Source: Octopus sinensis (taxonomy: Eukaryota). Taken from it: a DNA stretch of 64,000 bases. A program made the position numbers and the translations under genes. Below, piece after piece: positions 1-14,125 of this stretch (the stretch's first letter is position 1; the number at the start of each line of letters is the position of its first letter). The stretch lies in NCBI RefSeq assembly GCF_006345805.1, contig NC_043004.1:61566001-61630000 (forward strand), in the 5' to 3' direction. The notes beneath the pieces were generated by a model. It saw only the letters and a list, made by a program, of their open reading frames with translations, was not told the origin of the DNA and made no database searches.

Positions 1-133
1 AAATGATTGGCGTTCCATTTGCGTATGTGTGAAGAGGTAACAAGTACAAGCGTTTTCATATACGTTAATTGACACTAATGGATTAAGAAATATGCTATTA
101 AATTAATTACTGATCATTTTTTCTCCTCTCTAG

Positions 134-229
134 GCGTTTTTGAAATGGAAGTCATCACAAAATGTTCACTATATGTTACCTGGTTTGCCACTTTCGTCTG
201 ATCAACTATTTTTCCTCACCTTTGCCCAG
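134..229 (+). CDS. Neprilysin/ECE-like M13 metallopeptidase, third-to-last coding exon (AFLKWKSSQNVHYMLPGLPLSSDQLFFLTFAQ)
   Basis: Polypyrimidine acceptor ttttttctcctctctag|G at 133/134 and donor CCAG|GTAAGT at 229/230. The 96 nt (phase 0/0) translate to the M13 C-terminal signature LPGLxLxxxQLFFLxFAQ and join in frame to the next two exons. Confidence 0.93.
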
Positions 230-285
230 GTAAGTAACTTACAATTTTTTGTTTTGTTTTTCTTATATATCAGTTAGTGTCACTG

Positions 286-617
<332 letters not shown>

Positions 618-1061
618 GAATGCATATATATGTGTCTGTATGCGCATACAAACAAAAATGTTCGTTTTCATAAAAAAACAAAACACGTAACACATAGTGC
701 TTTTCCATACACTCAGGGATGAGAAATAATTCGTTGCTGATACTTTTCCATGGACACTAGATTATCTGTTGCAAAAACTCCCTTGATTCCAAGGAAATTA
801 ATATTTTCGATTGACTAAACATGCTTTTGTAAATTAATAATCCAACATATACAGAGATAATCACGTTCACAGATATCACTCAATAGTAAGGGAAAGAAAC
901 ATGAAGACATGTGTATACTTGTGTGATCAAACTCAACTGCACGCAAACACACGCACCCTACCTCGCCAAATATATGCATATATACAAACATAGATATGCC
1001 TGAACACACACACAAAAGGCACACACACGTACACATACACATATACACATATACGGTGATC

Positions 1062-3205
1062 CCACACATCGAAGAACTACTTGCACTTAAGCACTTCCTT
1101 GACATTTGGCCTGACTCTCAACCTGACACCTCCACGCTTCATCTGGCTGAACTTGCCCTCTCCCTCAACTGCTTGACATTTGCGGAGGAGTTATAGAAAC
1201 AAGTCCCCGGATTATGGGCCCCAAATATACGAATCTGTTCGTTTGCTACGTTGAGGCCCAAATATTCTCACAATTAATTCCTCCCATACCCAAGCAATAC
1301 GGTCGTTATATCGTTGCATCTATCGGCACGACCTAACTCTTCTTCGAACAACTGGACTCTTTCCTCTCGTTTCACCAAACCTTCGGTCCTAGCCTCGAAT
1401 TCTTCTACACTATATCTAACTCTTACAGCGAATTTCTCGAAAATTCAATCACCATACACCACTCCGCTCAAAATTATTCTATTCATTACAAATACACTGA
1501 ATCACCCTCCTACGCCAGCCTCTCCTTCTCCCACCTTACCCACACCCACACCCAATTCATCGGTCTACGCTGGCTCTGCAGTGACGACCATGGCTTTGAG
1601 ATTCAATCTCAAATCATGGCTCGCCACTTCATCCTACGTAGATTTCCCATCACTATTATCTACACTGCCTTGCCCGGGCACGATCTGTGGACCTTGCTTC
1701 CGCCTTTTCTCCTCGCACCCATCCTATCCTTACCCGTCTGCCGCCTCCCGTATCCAGTCACATAACACCAATCCATCGTACTGCTCCAACACACCATTCT
1801 CCGAGTCTTCCAGCGACTCCAGTTTCTCTACTCCACATTGCATACCTTCCCTAGTTTACCCCTTCCCTCCTTGAAACGTGCTCATAACCTGCATGACCGC
1901 CTAATCCAAACTTTCATTCCTACACCCTACTCCCAGCCTGGCTTCTTCCCTTGCTCCAGATCTCGCTGTCTTATCTTCCCCTTCCTCACCAGCACCACCT
2001 TCCTCAAATGCACCTCTAATATTGTTATTTACAGTATCTCCTCTTTCTGTCCTTCCCTTTACATTAGTCAAACGGGACACCGCTTCTCTTACCGGTTCGT
2101 GGAGCACCTCCGAGACATCTGACTCTGCAATGCAAAGTACGCCACGCACCGCTTCTGCTCTACCGGTCATTCGCTACATCTCTCTGCGCTTGGGCCACCC
2201 GGACTCCCACCATCGCAGATAACATACATTAATCTTCTCCCTTCATCTATCACCAACCCCACACTGATTACCTACACCTCACACATTTAACTACACCATC
2301 CACCTATACACTTGCATGTAGCCCACCTCGGTACTCTCACCAGACAAAAACACACAAACAAGCCATACACAGTTCCACTCATCAATTACCTCACATACCA
2401 TTACACACATACTTACAACGCCTAGCCACACCACACAGCATAATCTGCACACACATACACAATCTTCAATAACGTCACCACTATATAAGCAGCCACACGC
2501 ACTGATTAACTTAGTACACACACCACACACCATAATGCATACTACCACAGGTACAGCAGCACATAATACCTGAACACAAACAATACACACACACACACAA
2601 CGTGCATAAACACATGCATAGAGAAAAAAAAACTTTCACCGACAAGGATACACTATACACATGCACACACATACACTTGAACACACACCACTTGAAAAAG
2701 AACACATCAACCTGCTACACACAGCACACACGTATCCACAGACATTACATACGCACCCACACGTCAGCCTCACTCGTCCCCATTTACATATACTCATTCA
2801 TATACACCATTCTTACATACACACAGACGTTTGCGCACTTTTGTTCGTTGGGATCACCATTATTATCTCCCTTTCATTCAGTCTCATTTTGCTATTATTT
2901 CCCGTTCATACAACCTCATTTTCTCATTATCGCCGTTTCATTCGACCACTATTTACTATTATCACCATTTCATTCTGCCGCTTTTTATTATCCTCTCTTA
3001 TCCCGCTGAATTCTACACTGTTTTTTCTTTCTCCGTTTTTCTCTATTCTCCATTTTAGCCTCTTATTTCCTTCTGTCGAAGTATAAAAGATTTATCCATT
3101 TTTCCTTCAGACAATTTCTGCGATTACATTACAGCTAATATCTGTATTAAACTAATACACCTGCTTGTTGTTTCTACACATGTCTTCGTCTTTCGTTTTT
3201 CTATA
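1062..3205 (+). mobile_element. Degenerate Penelope-like element (Neptune-type): RT, GIY-YIG endonuclease and 3' pLTR remnant
   Basis: Frameshifted peptides YTVIPHIEELLALKHFL, MGPKYTNLFV and GRYI (DD codons lost); Cys linker PCSRSRC; GIY-YIG region SSNIVIYSIS...LYISQTGHRFSYRFVEHLRDI. 3070-3205 resembles the pLTR pieces at 29555 and 61745. A CA-rich tract occupies about 2290-2830. Confidence 0.8.
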
Positions 3206-3206
3206 A

Positions 3207-3330
<124 letters not shown>

Positions 3331-3683
3331 AAGATGTTAATTGTATTATATCAGGAATGTTACTTTAACGTTAAATACCGTAGATTTGATATCAAAATTA
3401 TTTATATCTTAGTTTACCTCAGCGCATTAATCGAGTAGACGTTTTGTGCAATAATTCTAATCCCGAACATACACCAATACATTACACATATATTCAGTGC
3501 AATCATTTGCAATCACATACATCTAGAAAATAGTATCAATTATTTGATACTATTCAGCAGAATCGACGTAATAGATAGTAAGTGTGGTCAATTGTTTTGT
3601 CGAGCCAAATTTTGTGATTCACTCTTCTGTTACAAGAGATAACTTAATTGTTCTTAGGATATCAATAAAATAAACGATGTGGA

Positions 3684-3740
<57 letters not shown>

Positions 3741-4546
3741 CGATAGAATAATGTGATCCATTCATTGATCAAAACTAATCAATTCTATCCAGTATTTGTG
3801 AAGTCCCTGCCAATGAAGACAAATTCGTTTATACTTGGCCAGCTTTGCAATAAGAAACGTAACAGAGAAACCATACTACATTGAATAGGGTATCTGAGCA
3901 ACAGTGTCTGTTTTTATGTATCTTCAAAATACTATTTGCTAATACTAATAATAATTACTATTTAAATGTATTTGTAAACTATATTCTGAATTGGCAAGTC
4001 ACTTAAGGCTGTCGGCAACAGGTAATGGCTGTTCCTCGCAGTTCACGTGGACTTTCACATCATGTGACTATAGAAAAATTTCCAAATTTTCCTTCCAGCG
4101 AAATATACATTTCTCTAGGAATTAGTATTCAAGTATTTCATGTCGCTATACGAGGACAACGTCATTATCCATGCTGCAGTATCCTCCAGAAAGAGAGATG
4201 TTCAAATAATGTCGATTCAGAATTAAATCTAAAGCTGCGTTAGTGGTGTCAGCCAGGCCTCAGTGAGGGACACCCAAAGTAAAGAAAAAAATCTGTTCTG
4301 TACGCAGAAATGACCCCTGTATCAGCCGAAAAATATATCCTGAGTGTAACTCTTTGAGTCGTCGGAATGGGAAATGTGTTTTTTTTGTTGTTTTGTTTAT
4401 CCGGTGAATATCGCAGAGAAGATTACACGGTGGACAAGATCGAGACGAACTATAAGGCAAATGTCTCACTTCCATCTTAATTGAACTGATAATTAGGTAA
4501 AATTTGCAAGAAAGAATAGTGTACTTTGGTATATACTGTGTATGAA

Positions 4547-4904
4547 GTGGAGGCGCAATGGCCCAGTGGTTAGGGCAGCGGACTCGCGGTCATAGGATCT
4601 CGGTTTCGATTCCCAGACCGGGCGTTGTGAGTGTTTATTTAGCGAAAACACCTAAAAGCTCCACGAGGCTCCGGCTCTTTCATCACAACTTTCTCTCACT
4701 CTTACTTCCTGTTTCTGTTGTACCTGTATTTCAAAAGGCCGGCCTTGTCACTCTCTGTGTCACGCTGAATATCCCCGAGAACTACGTTAAGGGTACACGT
4801 GTCTGTGGAGTGCTCAGCCACTTACACGTTAATTTCACGAGCAGGCTGTTCCGTTGATTCGGATCGACCGGAACCCTCGTCGTCGTAACCGCCGGAGTAC
4901 TTCC
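4547..4904 (+). mobile_element. tRNA(Arg-like)-derived SINE, family A, tail type 1
   Basis: Head GTGGAGGCGCAATGGCCCAGTGGTTAGGGCAGCGGACTCGCGGTC...GGTTTCGATTCCC with A and B boxes; shared with the copies at 14833 and 16869. Degenerate 12-bp TSD actgtgtatgaa (4535-4546) / actctgtatgga (4905-4916). Confidence 0.85.
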
Positions 4905-6089
4905 ACTCTGTATGGACTAATATACCAATGAAACAAAACAGAGATTCATGCCATTGGTACTTAGTATAATCAAATTTTCACACTATACGTCCTCGTGTAT
5001 GCTCTGTTCTTCATTCTGTTCTTCTATGATGCCTACACACATCATAGAAAAGCAGAATGGACTAAGCAGAGCAAGAGCATACACGAGGACGGAATGTGTC
5101 TCTGAAGAGCTCAAAGTTTCAGAGATTTTCAAAAACGCTAAATCATGGAGGTGCATAATATCCTTAAATTTGGAAGCTTTATATTTGTCTTTTTTTCTTA
5201 TATTTTTTTCATTTCATATTATTTGTTATTTTTCCCTGTTTATATAAAATGATATTGGCGTCTATATTATGATGGAGGAAGTTGCTTATTAATTAGGTGT
5301 ACAAGAGTTACCGGGATTTTTTATAAATTCATATTCTAAGAAATTTCCTATAGTTTCGATTTCTGAAGTTTATTGAATTATGAAACAGCAATTTTTCGCA
5401 AACTAAAATATTCTTTGCATTCGCTGCGGTGCATTCCATTTTCATTTGCAAAGTCTCTCACTTTTAATTTCAGTGTTTTCATTTCACATTTCCATTCGCT
5501 ATTTGCAAAAACAACAGTGTATTCTATATACGTAATGTATATTTTTTAACATACCGGTATCATTTGTGTAAACAATATTAAGAAGTCATTTTATTGTTAT
5601 GGCTGTTTGGAATTCTATAATAATTATCCAGACCGATTTTGGCTCGTTTTAACTTAAAAACAAAGGAATCATAAAAGGAATCATTGCGGTGAAAACAAAA
5701 AAAAATTAATATTTTCAGAGAAAAAGATGAACCTTTCAATGGAGGTTTGGCTGTTGTTTCTAGCACGACTCAAACCACCTCCCACTTTTACTCTCACATG
5801 GATTGATGATTTTGCAATATTTTTCTCCCTTGAACACATTTTATGGAATGATGATGCCGATGTAACACACGCCTTGTACATTGACGGAATACAAACAAAA
5901 ACAACAATTGCTATCAAAATTTTTCCCCCACCTCAATCAAACGCGGCCGTGTGTGTATGTACGAAAAAACATTTTCTAATAGAAAATAAAACTTTTAAAT
6001 GGATTATCACTTACGTAACTCATCTTTTACATCAATGTGGATTAATGCCTGCAATAACATTCTCAGGCTCTCCGGTATTTTAAATTCTA

Positions 6090-7280
6090 AACAGAATTAA
6101 TCGGGGGGCATAGAGTGTGGTTGCCAAAAAATCATAATTTTTAAAATTTTAATTTTCATAAAATATAAATTTGTTTATGTGCAAAACGATATTTAAAATC
6201 GAGGAGTGATGTCTTAGAATGTGCTAGAAACAGCAACCAAATTCCCCTTAAATAACTCACTTTTCCCTCTCAAAAATATTAACAATCTTTTAAAATTTTT
6301 TAACAAAAACGCTCCACCACGATTTTGACGAATTTGGCCAAAATACATCCGGAATGGTATGAGAATAGCATGATGAACAGGAGGGGTTGCTGCAAAAGAA
6401 TCTTGACAACTTCTTGCCATAGAAAGAGCTCCCACCCCGTCATTTCGAAGTATGTGGTTTTAAAAAAGTGAGGGAAAACCACATCAACACAGAGAAGTGC
6501 GAAATTATTTGGTCTTCCTTATCTCAAAGTCCGTTTTACTGAAACTCCTCTCTCCTACCCCTCGAAAAGCATTTTCCTCATAAATTTCTTTATAATCGTA
6601 ATCTATGTCATTTGAAAGGTATTTGTAATAAACTATCATAAAAAAGTAATTATTTTCCCGTAAGTTATGAGGGGGAAAAATGTCGGATCATGTGAATTTT
6701 GCAAAATTCCTCTCTCCACTTCCTCGGAGAAATTCTTTGCCATACATCCCAATATACTCTGAAGGCACAGAATCTAAGCGATATTTGTAGAAAATTTCGT
6801 TAAAAAATATCCATTTCCTGTATTATACGACTTTTTCATTTCATGTTTATTTCATTCATTTTCTGCAAACTTTTCTCTCTCCACTTCTCTCTCTCTCTAT
6901 CTCTCTCTCACACACACACACGCGCGCACGCGCGCACACAGCAAACCTCCCCCTTCCGTAGTTGGGCTACCTTGTTGTTTGTGTAAAAATGAGAGATTAA
7001 CCCATTAAGTCTCAGAGTACTTAAATTTCTGAATATTACTTTTAAATTATTACGGATGATTGAAAATAAGTTTAAATGAAAAGAAAAAGTGATTATTAAA
7101 ACTCCTTTATTTTAAGTAGAATTGAAAATACTCGGTGTACTATAAATAGGACAGTGAGACAAGTAAATGAGTACTCTTGTACAAAAAAATAATTAGACGT
7201 AAAATATGAAATTTATTAGAAACTGAAAATATTATCGAGTGGCCAGCAGAAAACCGCCCGGAGGGCGATCATATTGCTAG
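6090..7280 (+). mobile_element. Probable non-autonomous Helitron; 3' terminus clear, 5' end not located
   Basis: Hairpin CGCCC-GGA-GGGCG (7255-7267) followed 9 nt later by CTAG|T (7277-7281). Upstream sequence has degenerate internal repeats. The left boundary is a guess. Confidence 0.5.
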
Positions 7281-10200
7281 TATAATATATGTTTCTAATA
7301 CCAGTATGTAATGTGAATTGTGTGAAGTAATTTCTTCATTTGTTCCTCCTCCTCCTTCACTTCGTCTTTTATCTATAATTATTATTGGTGTGTCTTTATA
7401 TATTAATGTTATTATTTTCAATAATAATAGTTTAACGCTAGTGGATGCTAATATAGTAGCAGGTATTATAGTTTGATATTCGTTAGTATCAAGTCAAATT
7501 AAATGCCAAGAATGTCTGGCAGAATATTTCATGGTACCATTCAACATTGTTGCTTTTGTTTTTCTTGCTGTTGTTGCTGCTGTCCAAGATGTCCAAGAAT
7601 TGATTTATGCTTTGTTTTCACATTTCTTTGCAGAAAACTGCAAATTATTAAACTTTTCTGACATTCAGTCTGAATAAACTATTTAAAATCCAGAGGAGTT
7701 CAATTTTCTTTCTCTTTCACATCTCGGATATCGAATTTATTGGAACGATTCTCAAATTTGTTTTGAAAAATACTTTTGTAGAAGCGTCGTGTCAGATTTC
7801 CCTCCCAGCAATCTCAAAGTACTTGCGGGAGATGATGTTATTTCGAAAATAGCGGTGCAACAACTTTAGGTAAAGCTAAAACTAGTAAAATCACTGACAC
7901 TAGTAAGACTAAATGCAAGCTCTTGATCGCGTGCGTGGTTCTGCAAATAAGCTATACAGTCTCTCCAAAGCAACAAGTAGTCCAAACTGGAGGATGCTGT
8001 TTGATTTAGGAAATTTGAGGTAAGAAGCTAACTCTTCCTCTACACCTGAAACTCGATCTCCAACTGCCTGTAGGAAGATGAAGATTTGTAGAAACATGAA
8101 GATTTTTTATGTTTGTGTGATAAATATGCAGTCGACGAAAGATGTCCACGCTCTCAAACGAAGGAAGGCGCTTCCAAAATGTTCCAGGGCGTGCACATTA
8201 TATCTAGTGCTATTTATGATTGAGACTCTTGCATTCCGATACTTAGGGGGCACCCGATGCACTAATGATTTCGCTTTGCTCACCAGTTATTTAGGAATGT
8301 CAATAAAGTTAACATGAGAGGACTGTTTACGAGAGATATCTTCCTGGGGTGTCCTAGCCTGTATACTTTTAGAGAGGTGTAATACACAGCGGTATGTCAA
8401 AAGAACGGCCGGGTACGTTTTGGTTTGGGTCATTTGGTAAACATTACATACCGCATTTCCCAATTGCATATCAGAGAGATGCGAGAGCAGAATGCCATAT
8501 TGGTTAAGCAATCAAAAATCCAAAATCCCTCTTCTTGTGCATCAAAAGCAACAACGAGTGCAGGAAGGCCTTACTGATGCAAACATCACCTCTGTAACAA
8601 CACAAGTGTTAGCAACTGCATGGGCAGTAAGAACATGAGCAACGGCAACATGTACTATCCTCAGAGTAACTGTAGAAACACAAACAGCTGCAGGACCAAG
8701 AACAACAACACCTCAGTAGCCAGCAGTGTATTAAACTGCGGACAATCAGAAAAGAAATTATATTGAACTGAAAAATGGACGTGAATCAATTATTAGAATT
8801 AATCTCAAACTATTAAATAACTTTTAAACAATTCCAAGAAACGTATAATATTATAAAATGTTGAATATGAAAGAATTTTTATTTGTTATCGATGCTATTT
8901 ATAAAAGATAGTTTCTTCATTTCGTTGATATTTTGAAAGCGATAACAATACTGTTATGACTACGGAAGTGAACAAGGAGTGATCTCAAATTTTAAAATTG
9001 CAACAGCAAAATAAACAGGTGGTCATTACAATAAGATATGGATATATATAGAATGATGGCGGGGAAGATGTGTGACGTTCATTTTCAGAATAGTTGGTGT
9101 CTATAATGAACAATGGCAATAATTTTCTTTTTAATAAATATATTACATTTGGATATTTTAAAATATCTTTAGCAAGAATTGTTTTGAAGAAACAGACAAT
9201 ATGTAAACACATTTATGCAACTGTGCAAAAAATGTATAACTGGTTCGACTCGTGTGTATTTAAGAATGATCGATATTTATGAATTTTGTTTTATGGACAA
9301 ACATTGTTTACGTTCATTATATATGTGATCAACTCAACCTCAAGTTTTATCTCTGCTTATGTGCTACACAAAGGATCGACATATTTAACAGCACTTCCTT
9401 GAGGACTTCCAGCAGGCTGTAATATTGGGTTTCTGAACATATATGAAGACTCTGTATATGGTGCAGAAAAGGAGGACTATGTAAATCTCCTGCCATTATT
9501 TGATGCAATGATCTAATGACTTGCAATAAACATATAAAGATACGATTCAGCTGCCTTATATGAAACATAAACAATACATTTCATTCACACCACAAAATGA
9601 GGCAGAGGGGCTAATTTTAACTTCGAAAATATTTTCTGGTGTGGAATACACTGTATATTATGAATTAGGTTTAGTGATTTCGGAGTTAGTGCAAGGCAGA
9701 CGAAAAACATTATGGCACCTAAAAAACGATTCTGCAGTTCAAAATTATAAATGAATTATGTAATTAAAAGAAAAAAAGTTGTGTGCTTGGCATATGTGAT
9801 AATTAGGAATTTCAGGAAATAACCTGATCATGGCTAAAGTTTATCCATGTAGATATAACAACCTCCAAAACAAATTGAAAGGGAAGTACGGTGGAATGAC
9901 ATGGACGAGAGCGTGTAATTGAATATGAAACGAATTTCGGAAAAGCTAAATTCAGCTGTGCTAGAGAAATTTTATTTGGGAGATTCAGCTTTATTCGGGA
10001 GATTTTGCTACTAGGTGACAGCTATTCTTTGCTAAGAGCAAGACACAATAGAAATGTGTTTCGTATATGTAGCAAGTTGAGGATGGGAGGCACAATAAAT
10101 TCAGGGTTGCAAGACACTGTTAGAGAATGGAGAATGGTGAGAAATGTATTCGTAATGATGTATTCGTGTTCGCATACTTGCTAAAACCATGAAGATAAGT

Positions 10201-10289
10201 AAGTTCTGTGTCAATGTTGTTATAGGAAGCTGCTGAACATGGAATAGGCAAACAAAAAGAGAAGACATACCTAATTTTGAGCCTTATAG

Positions 10290-10520
10290 CGAGAACAACA
10301 ATTAAAAATGACAGAAACGTAGAAGACATATCGATTATGTACATCGGAGACTGTTGCGAGGATGCTCAAAATATATGATGACGTAGGTTACGTGATTACA
10401 ACTCGGATAGTTAATCAAGTGACACAAAAAGATGTCAAATCCAATTATTGCCAAAGTATTAACAACGTAAAGTGCTACAAAGGCAAAGATGTACTAGAGA
10501 GAGAAAATTATAGAGGAATG
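10290..10520 (+). mobile_element. RTE-clade LINE fragment, RT N-terminal part
   Basis: Translates to VKCYKGKDVLERENYRG, matching RTE xYKGKGDALDRxNYRGI. Confidence 0.6.
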
Positions 10521-11289
10521 CTGTATTAAGTTTTGATCGTCACAGAGAGAGAGAGAGAGAGAGGGGGGAGGAGAAAGAAAGAAAGACGGAGACAGAGAGA
10601 GGGTTGTTCATAGCACAAGCGATACATGACAAAATACACATGGTTGGGAACCGTTTACTTTTGTACTCATGGGGAAGTAGCGGCTCGTAGATAAACTTAG
10701 TGGGAGTGCTGCTTCAGAAAACATTTAGCCGTTGTAATATTGTGTAAAATGGAACAAACATATAAAAATAAATTTATGCATAAACTAGATCGGTTCGCGT
10801 TTAAGCCACTGCCGGGTACTGTTTCATTTTTTTTACTGAACTTCGCCGCAAATTCCCCCTTGTGTTTCTAAAAATCACCCTAAAACAAAAACTAGATGGG
10901 GAACGTACCCTATATTTCAAATCCTTGCAGCAACACTGAAGCTAGGAGCAGGATAATAATCTAATTCTACAGTTTATCACATTGGAGAATATAAATACGT
11001 TTCTAAGCACAACAGACGCGGTGTCAAAAAGAAACACTACCTTTCACCGGCACACCGAGTCGGCACTGCGTGAACCAAAGTTTTCTCTCTCCCTAGCGTG
11101 ACGCTTCCTATCTCAGACATGCACATAACACCCAACACCACGTCGTGGAATATGAAACGCACAGTTCTATAAAAAAATTTTGTATAAAGAGAGAATTAAA
11201 GAAAAAGGATTCGCTATATTGGATGTTATCGCTAATATCGAGTGGAAACAGGGGGTGCGACAGTACCAATGTGCCTATACACGAGCCGC

Positions 11290-11760
11290 TACTCTCATAG
11301 ATTGTAACAAAGATGCAATCTTCCAAATGACGCAACTTCACGAGCAATACTTGGCTAAGAACAAACCACTAGTCCAGTGAATTGTTGAAGTCGTCTGACA
11401 TTGGGTGCCGTTCAGTAGATGTTGACAAATTGTAGAAGCAATGTACAATGATGCAGTAAGTAGAGTAACAACCAAGAACAGTTTCACTGACAATTTAGAA
11501 TGAAGATTTGTGTGCAAGGTTCAGTCCTCAGGTCTCTTTTATCATTACAGTCCATCAGGACATCACAGAGGAATTTAAGACTGGCTGCCCATGGGATCTC
11601 CTATAAACTGATGATGAAGTTATAACTATAACAGAACTAGAGAGTACATTCCAGATATTGAAGCTAAATTCAGAAAGGAGACTCTCTAGATAAAGTAACC
11701 GCGCAGATTTAATAAGTAGGAAAGAGAACTGGGCCTTGTTATTTTCATAGAAGTAGTGTT
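11290..11760 (+). mobile_element. RTE-clade LINE fragment, RT core
   Basis: Degenerate DAIFQMTQLHEQYLAKNKPL, QGSVL, ITEEFKTGCPWDLL..DD. Confidence 0.7.
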
Positions 11761-12087
11761 ACTCCTAATTCAGAAACGGTTTAGGTGTATACTCCATATG
11801 TTGTGCTGAATATAAGTTACGGACATCTAAATTGTGCCGGGATATAACAGGTATATTAACAATGAAAGATTCATATGAAAGAGATGTACTGTAGCAATTC
11901 ATACAATGAACACACCGGAAAAAAACTGTGGTAAACACCAGGCTGGTTCAAAAGGAGTTGCATTTAGTCTTTTTTAACCAAGAGGCATAATATGTAAGCA
12001 AGGCGGTAGCTATAATTTCATATAAAATCCTATGTTAGGACGAAGTTGAAATATCTACTAATGCTGCGACACTCGGAATATAAGACA

Positions 12088-12481
12088 CTAGCAGTATCGC
12101 CCGGCGTTGCTCGGGTGGTAAGGGAAATAACTATATAAGCATTTTTAGAGAGTTATAACCAAAAAATAGCAAAAAAATGCATTAAAAATTGAAAAAAAAT
12201 TAAGGTAATTTTTTTTTAAATCGTTGACACATCGTAGATATTTTTAGAGAGTTACTTCCCTTATATAAAAGCGAAAAAAATGCATTAAAATGGAAAAATA
12301 TGATGGTAAATTTTTTAAAAATCGTAGACTCATCGTAGACGCACGCTAATACCCAGAAGGGCTCGATATGAATCACGACTATAAGATACCCGCTTTTGGT
12401 TAAACTGCACCGCAAAATGTGGGAGTAGTTAGGAATCTAAATCGTAGGAGACAGACACACAACTTCACTCTTATATAAAGA
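12088..12481 (-). mobile_element. Non-autonomous Helitron, complete
   Basis: On the minus strand A|TCTTTATATAAGAG...CCCGAGCAACGCCGGG-CGATACTG-CTAG|T: 5' TC, 3' hairpin plus CTAG, AT target without TSD. Contains an internal tandem duplication of about 100 nt. Confidence 0.8.
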
Positions 12482-12489
12482 TGCTTTTT

Positions 12490-12808
12490 TTCAGTCATAG
12501 AGTTAGATTTATGAAGGTCTTCAGTAGAAAATCCTTCGAATTCTGACTCGCTGCTTGATATAATGAAATTCGTATCCATTTTTTGTCAGAATTACAAATT
12601 TTGAAAACACAATAGGAATAAATTTCGGAAAAAAATCTCCCATAATTCACGGAATTAAAATTACACTTCGATTTTTGTACAAAACTGTAGTTGAAGTGTT
12701 TACGAAGTATAATACGTGTTTTCACGAATGTACTAAAGAGATTTGCTCTGATATTCTCATTTAAATATGAATAGGTAAATTCGGGCGGCTTGGTAACGAA
12801 AGGGTTAA
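12490..12808 (-). mobile_element. piggyBac-like/MITE terminal fragment
   Basis: Minus strand begins TTAA|CCCTTTCGTTACC; the matching other end was not found. Confidence 0.35.
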
Positions 12809-12826
12809 ACGGATGCATACATTTAT

Positions 12827-13719
12827 TAATCTCTTATTATAATAACTATATATAAGTGTCGTCTGGTTATACATAAACACTGTTTCATACTGCAATTATA
12901 TATACATATATCTATATATAATATTATATAATAAAATATATACAGAGTAAAATAAAAACCAATTTACCTTTTCTGTATTGTTATAGCAATTCCACCGTCC
13001 GTGTGTCTTTGCAAATGTGTTGGAATGATAAGTGAGTTGTGTTTTGGCGCCTTTTTTACTAATAACAAACACACACGTGTTTGTATGTAGTTGTATGTGT
13101 ATGTAGTTGTATGTAGTTGTATATGTATGTGTATGCGTGTGTGTGAGGAATGACACACACACACTCACGCACGCACACATGTACATCAATGCTTTCGGAG
13201 TGATATGTTAAAATATTGAGTTTTCTCGAATTTTGTCTTAATTGGTGGTAAAATTGAAAGAAATTTTTTATGGCATCACCTACTGAAGTACTCTGAAAAA
13301 TCATGGGTACACTCTAATTGAAGAAATTGTGTGAGGAGTAAATCGTTATGTATTTATTTGTTTCTGTTTGCTGTGTTTTTTTTATTTTTTGAGTAGTGGT
13401 TTAAATACTTTCAGTTTAGTCTTCCTCAAATCACTCTGTCGCTATTTACTTTCATTTTATTCGTTGCACACTGTGTGTGTGCGTTTGCGTGTGCTGTAAA
13501 CCAGACTAAGAAAAGCATTTGACATACACACCAGAATGTGAGTTTTCTGTAAATTTTGCTTAATTGGAGTTTAAATTTTAAAAACTGGACCTGGCATGAC
13601 CCGATGCATTCTACTCTTAAAAATGCTAGGTAAATTGTAATTGAAGAAATCCTATATTGTAGATTTCTATAACTTACAAAGGGAGGCAGATAAAATCTGC
13701 CTTTTATAATAAGAGATTA
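12827..13719. mobile_element. HINE/DINE-1-like (Helentron-associated) or TIR non-autonomous element
   Basis: Perfect 16-bp inverted repeat TAATCTCTTATTATAA (12827-12842 / 13704-13719), subterminal hairpin GGCAGAT-AAA-ATCTGCC (13685-13701), central TGTA microsatellite and an internal duplication. Confidence 0.55.
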
Positions 13720-13739
13720 TATGACGCTATTTTAGAACT

Positions 13740-14125
13740 GTGATATGGTATGTTAATGGGGCTTCAGTGTAGAGAACCTGAAGAAACTGAAAACCAGTGA
13801 TGCGAAGATGCTCCGTAGTATGTGCAGTGTTTGCGAGCAAGAACAGTAAAATACAAATGTGTTGAGAAAACAATGTGGATGAGAAGTGTCAGCTGTAGTA
13901 TGCAAGAAATCATGCTATATTATTATGGTTATGTGATGCGTAAGAACGATGACAGCTGTTTAAATAATTGCCGGTCCTTTAATGTTCATGGAGCTTGTAG
14001 AAGAGGTAGGCGAAGGAGAATATTGGACGGAGTGGTCAACGTTCATCACAGAAACATGTGCCTCATGGACGGGTTGACAAAGGATCGGCGTGACTGGCGT
14101 TATGTTGGATTTAGAAAAAAACAAC
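13740..14125 (+). mobile_element. RTE-clade LINE fragment, C-terminus/3' end
   Basis: DAKMLRSMC, YGYVMRKNDDSCL, GACRRGR, LTKDRRDWRY, typical of RTE ORF C-termini. Confidence 0.7.

Noticed and set aside
4547-4620. SINE heads as tRNA genes (also 15060-15125, 16869-16940, 59065-59140)
   Set aside because: Acceptor stems and cloverleaf are not intact, and each continues into a repeat body with a tail or TSD.
7860-8760. GC-richer stretch with a faint gag-like flavour (RDIFLGCP, RPY*CKHH)
   Set aside because: No motif strong enough to assign; stops in all frames.
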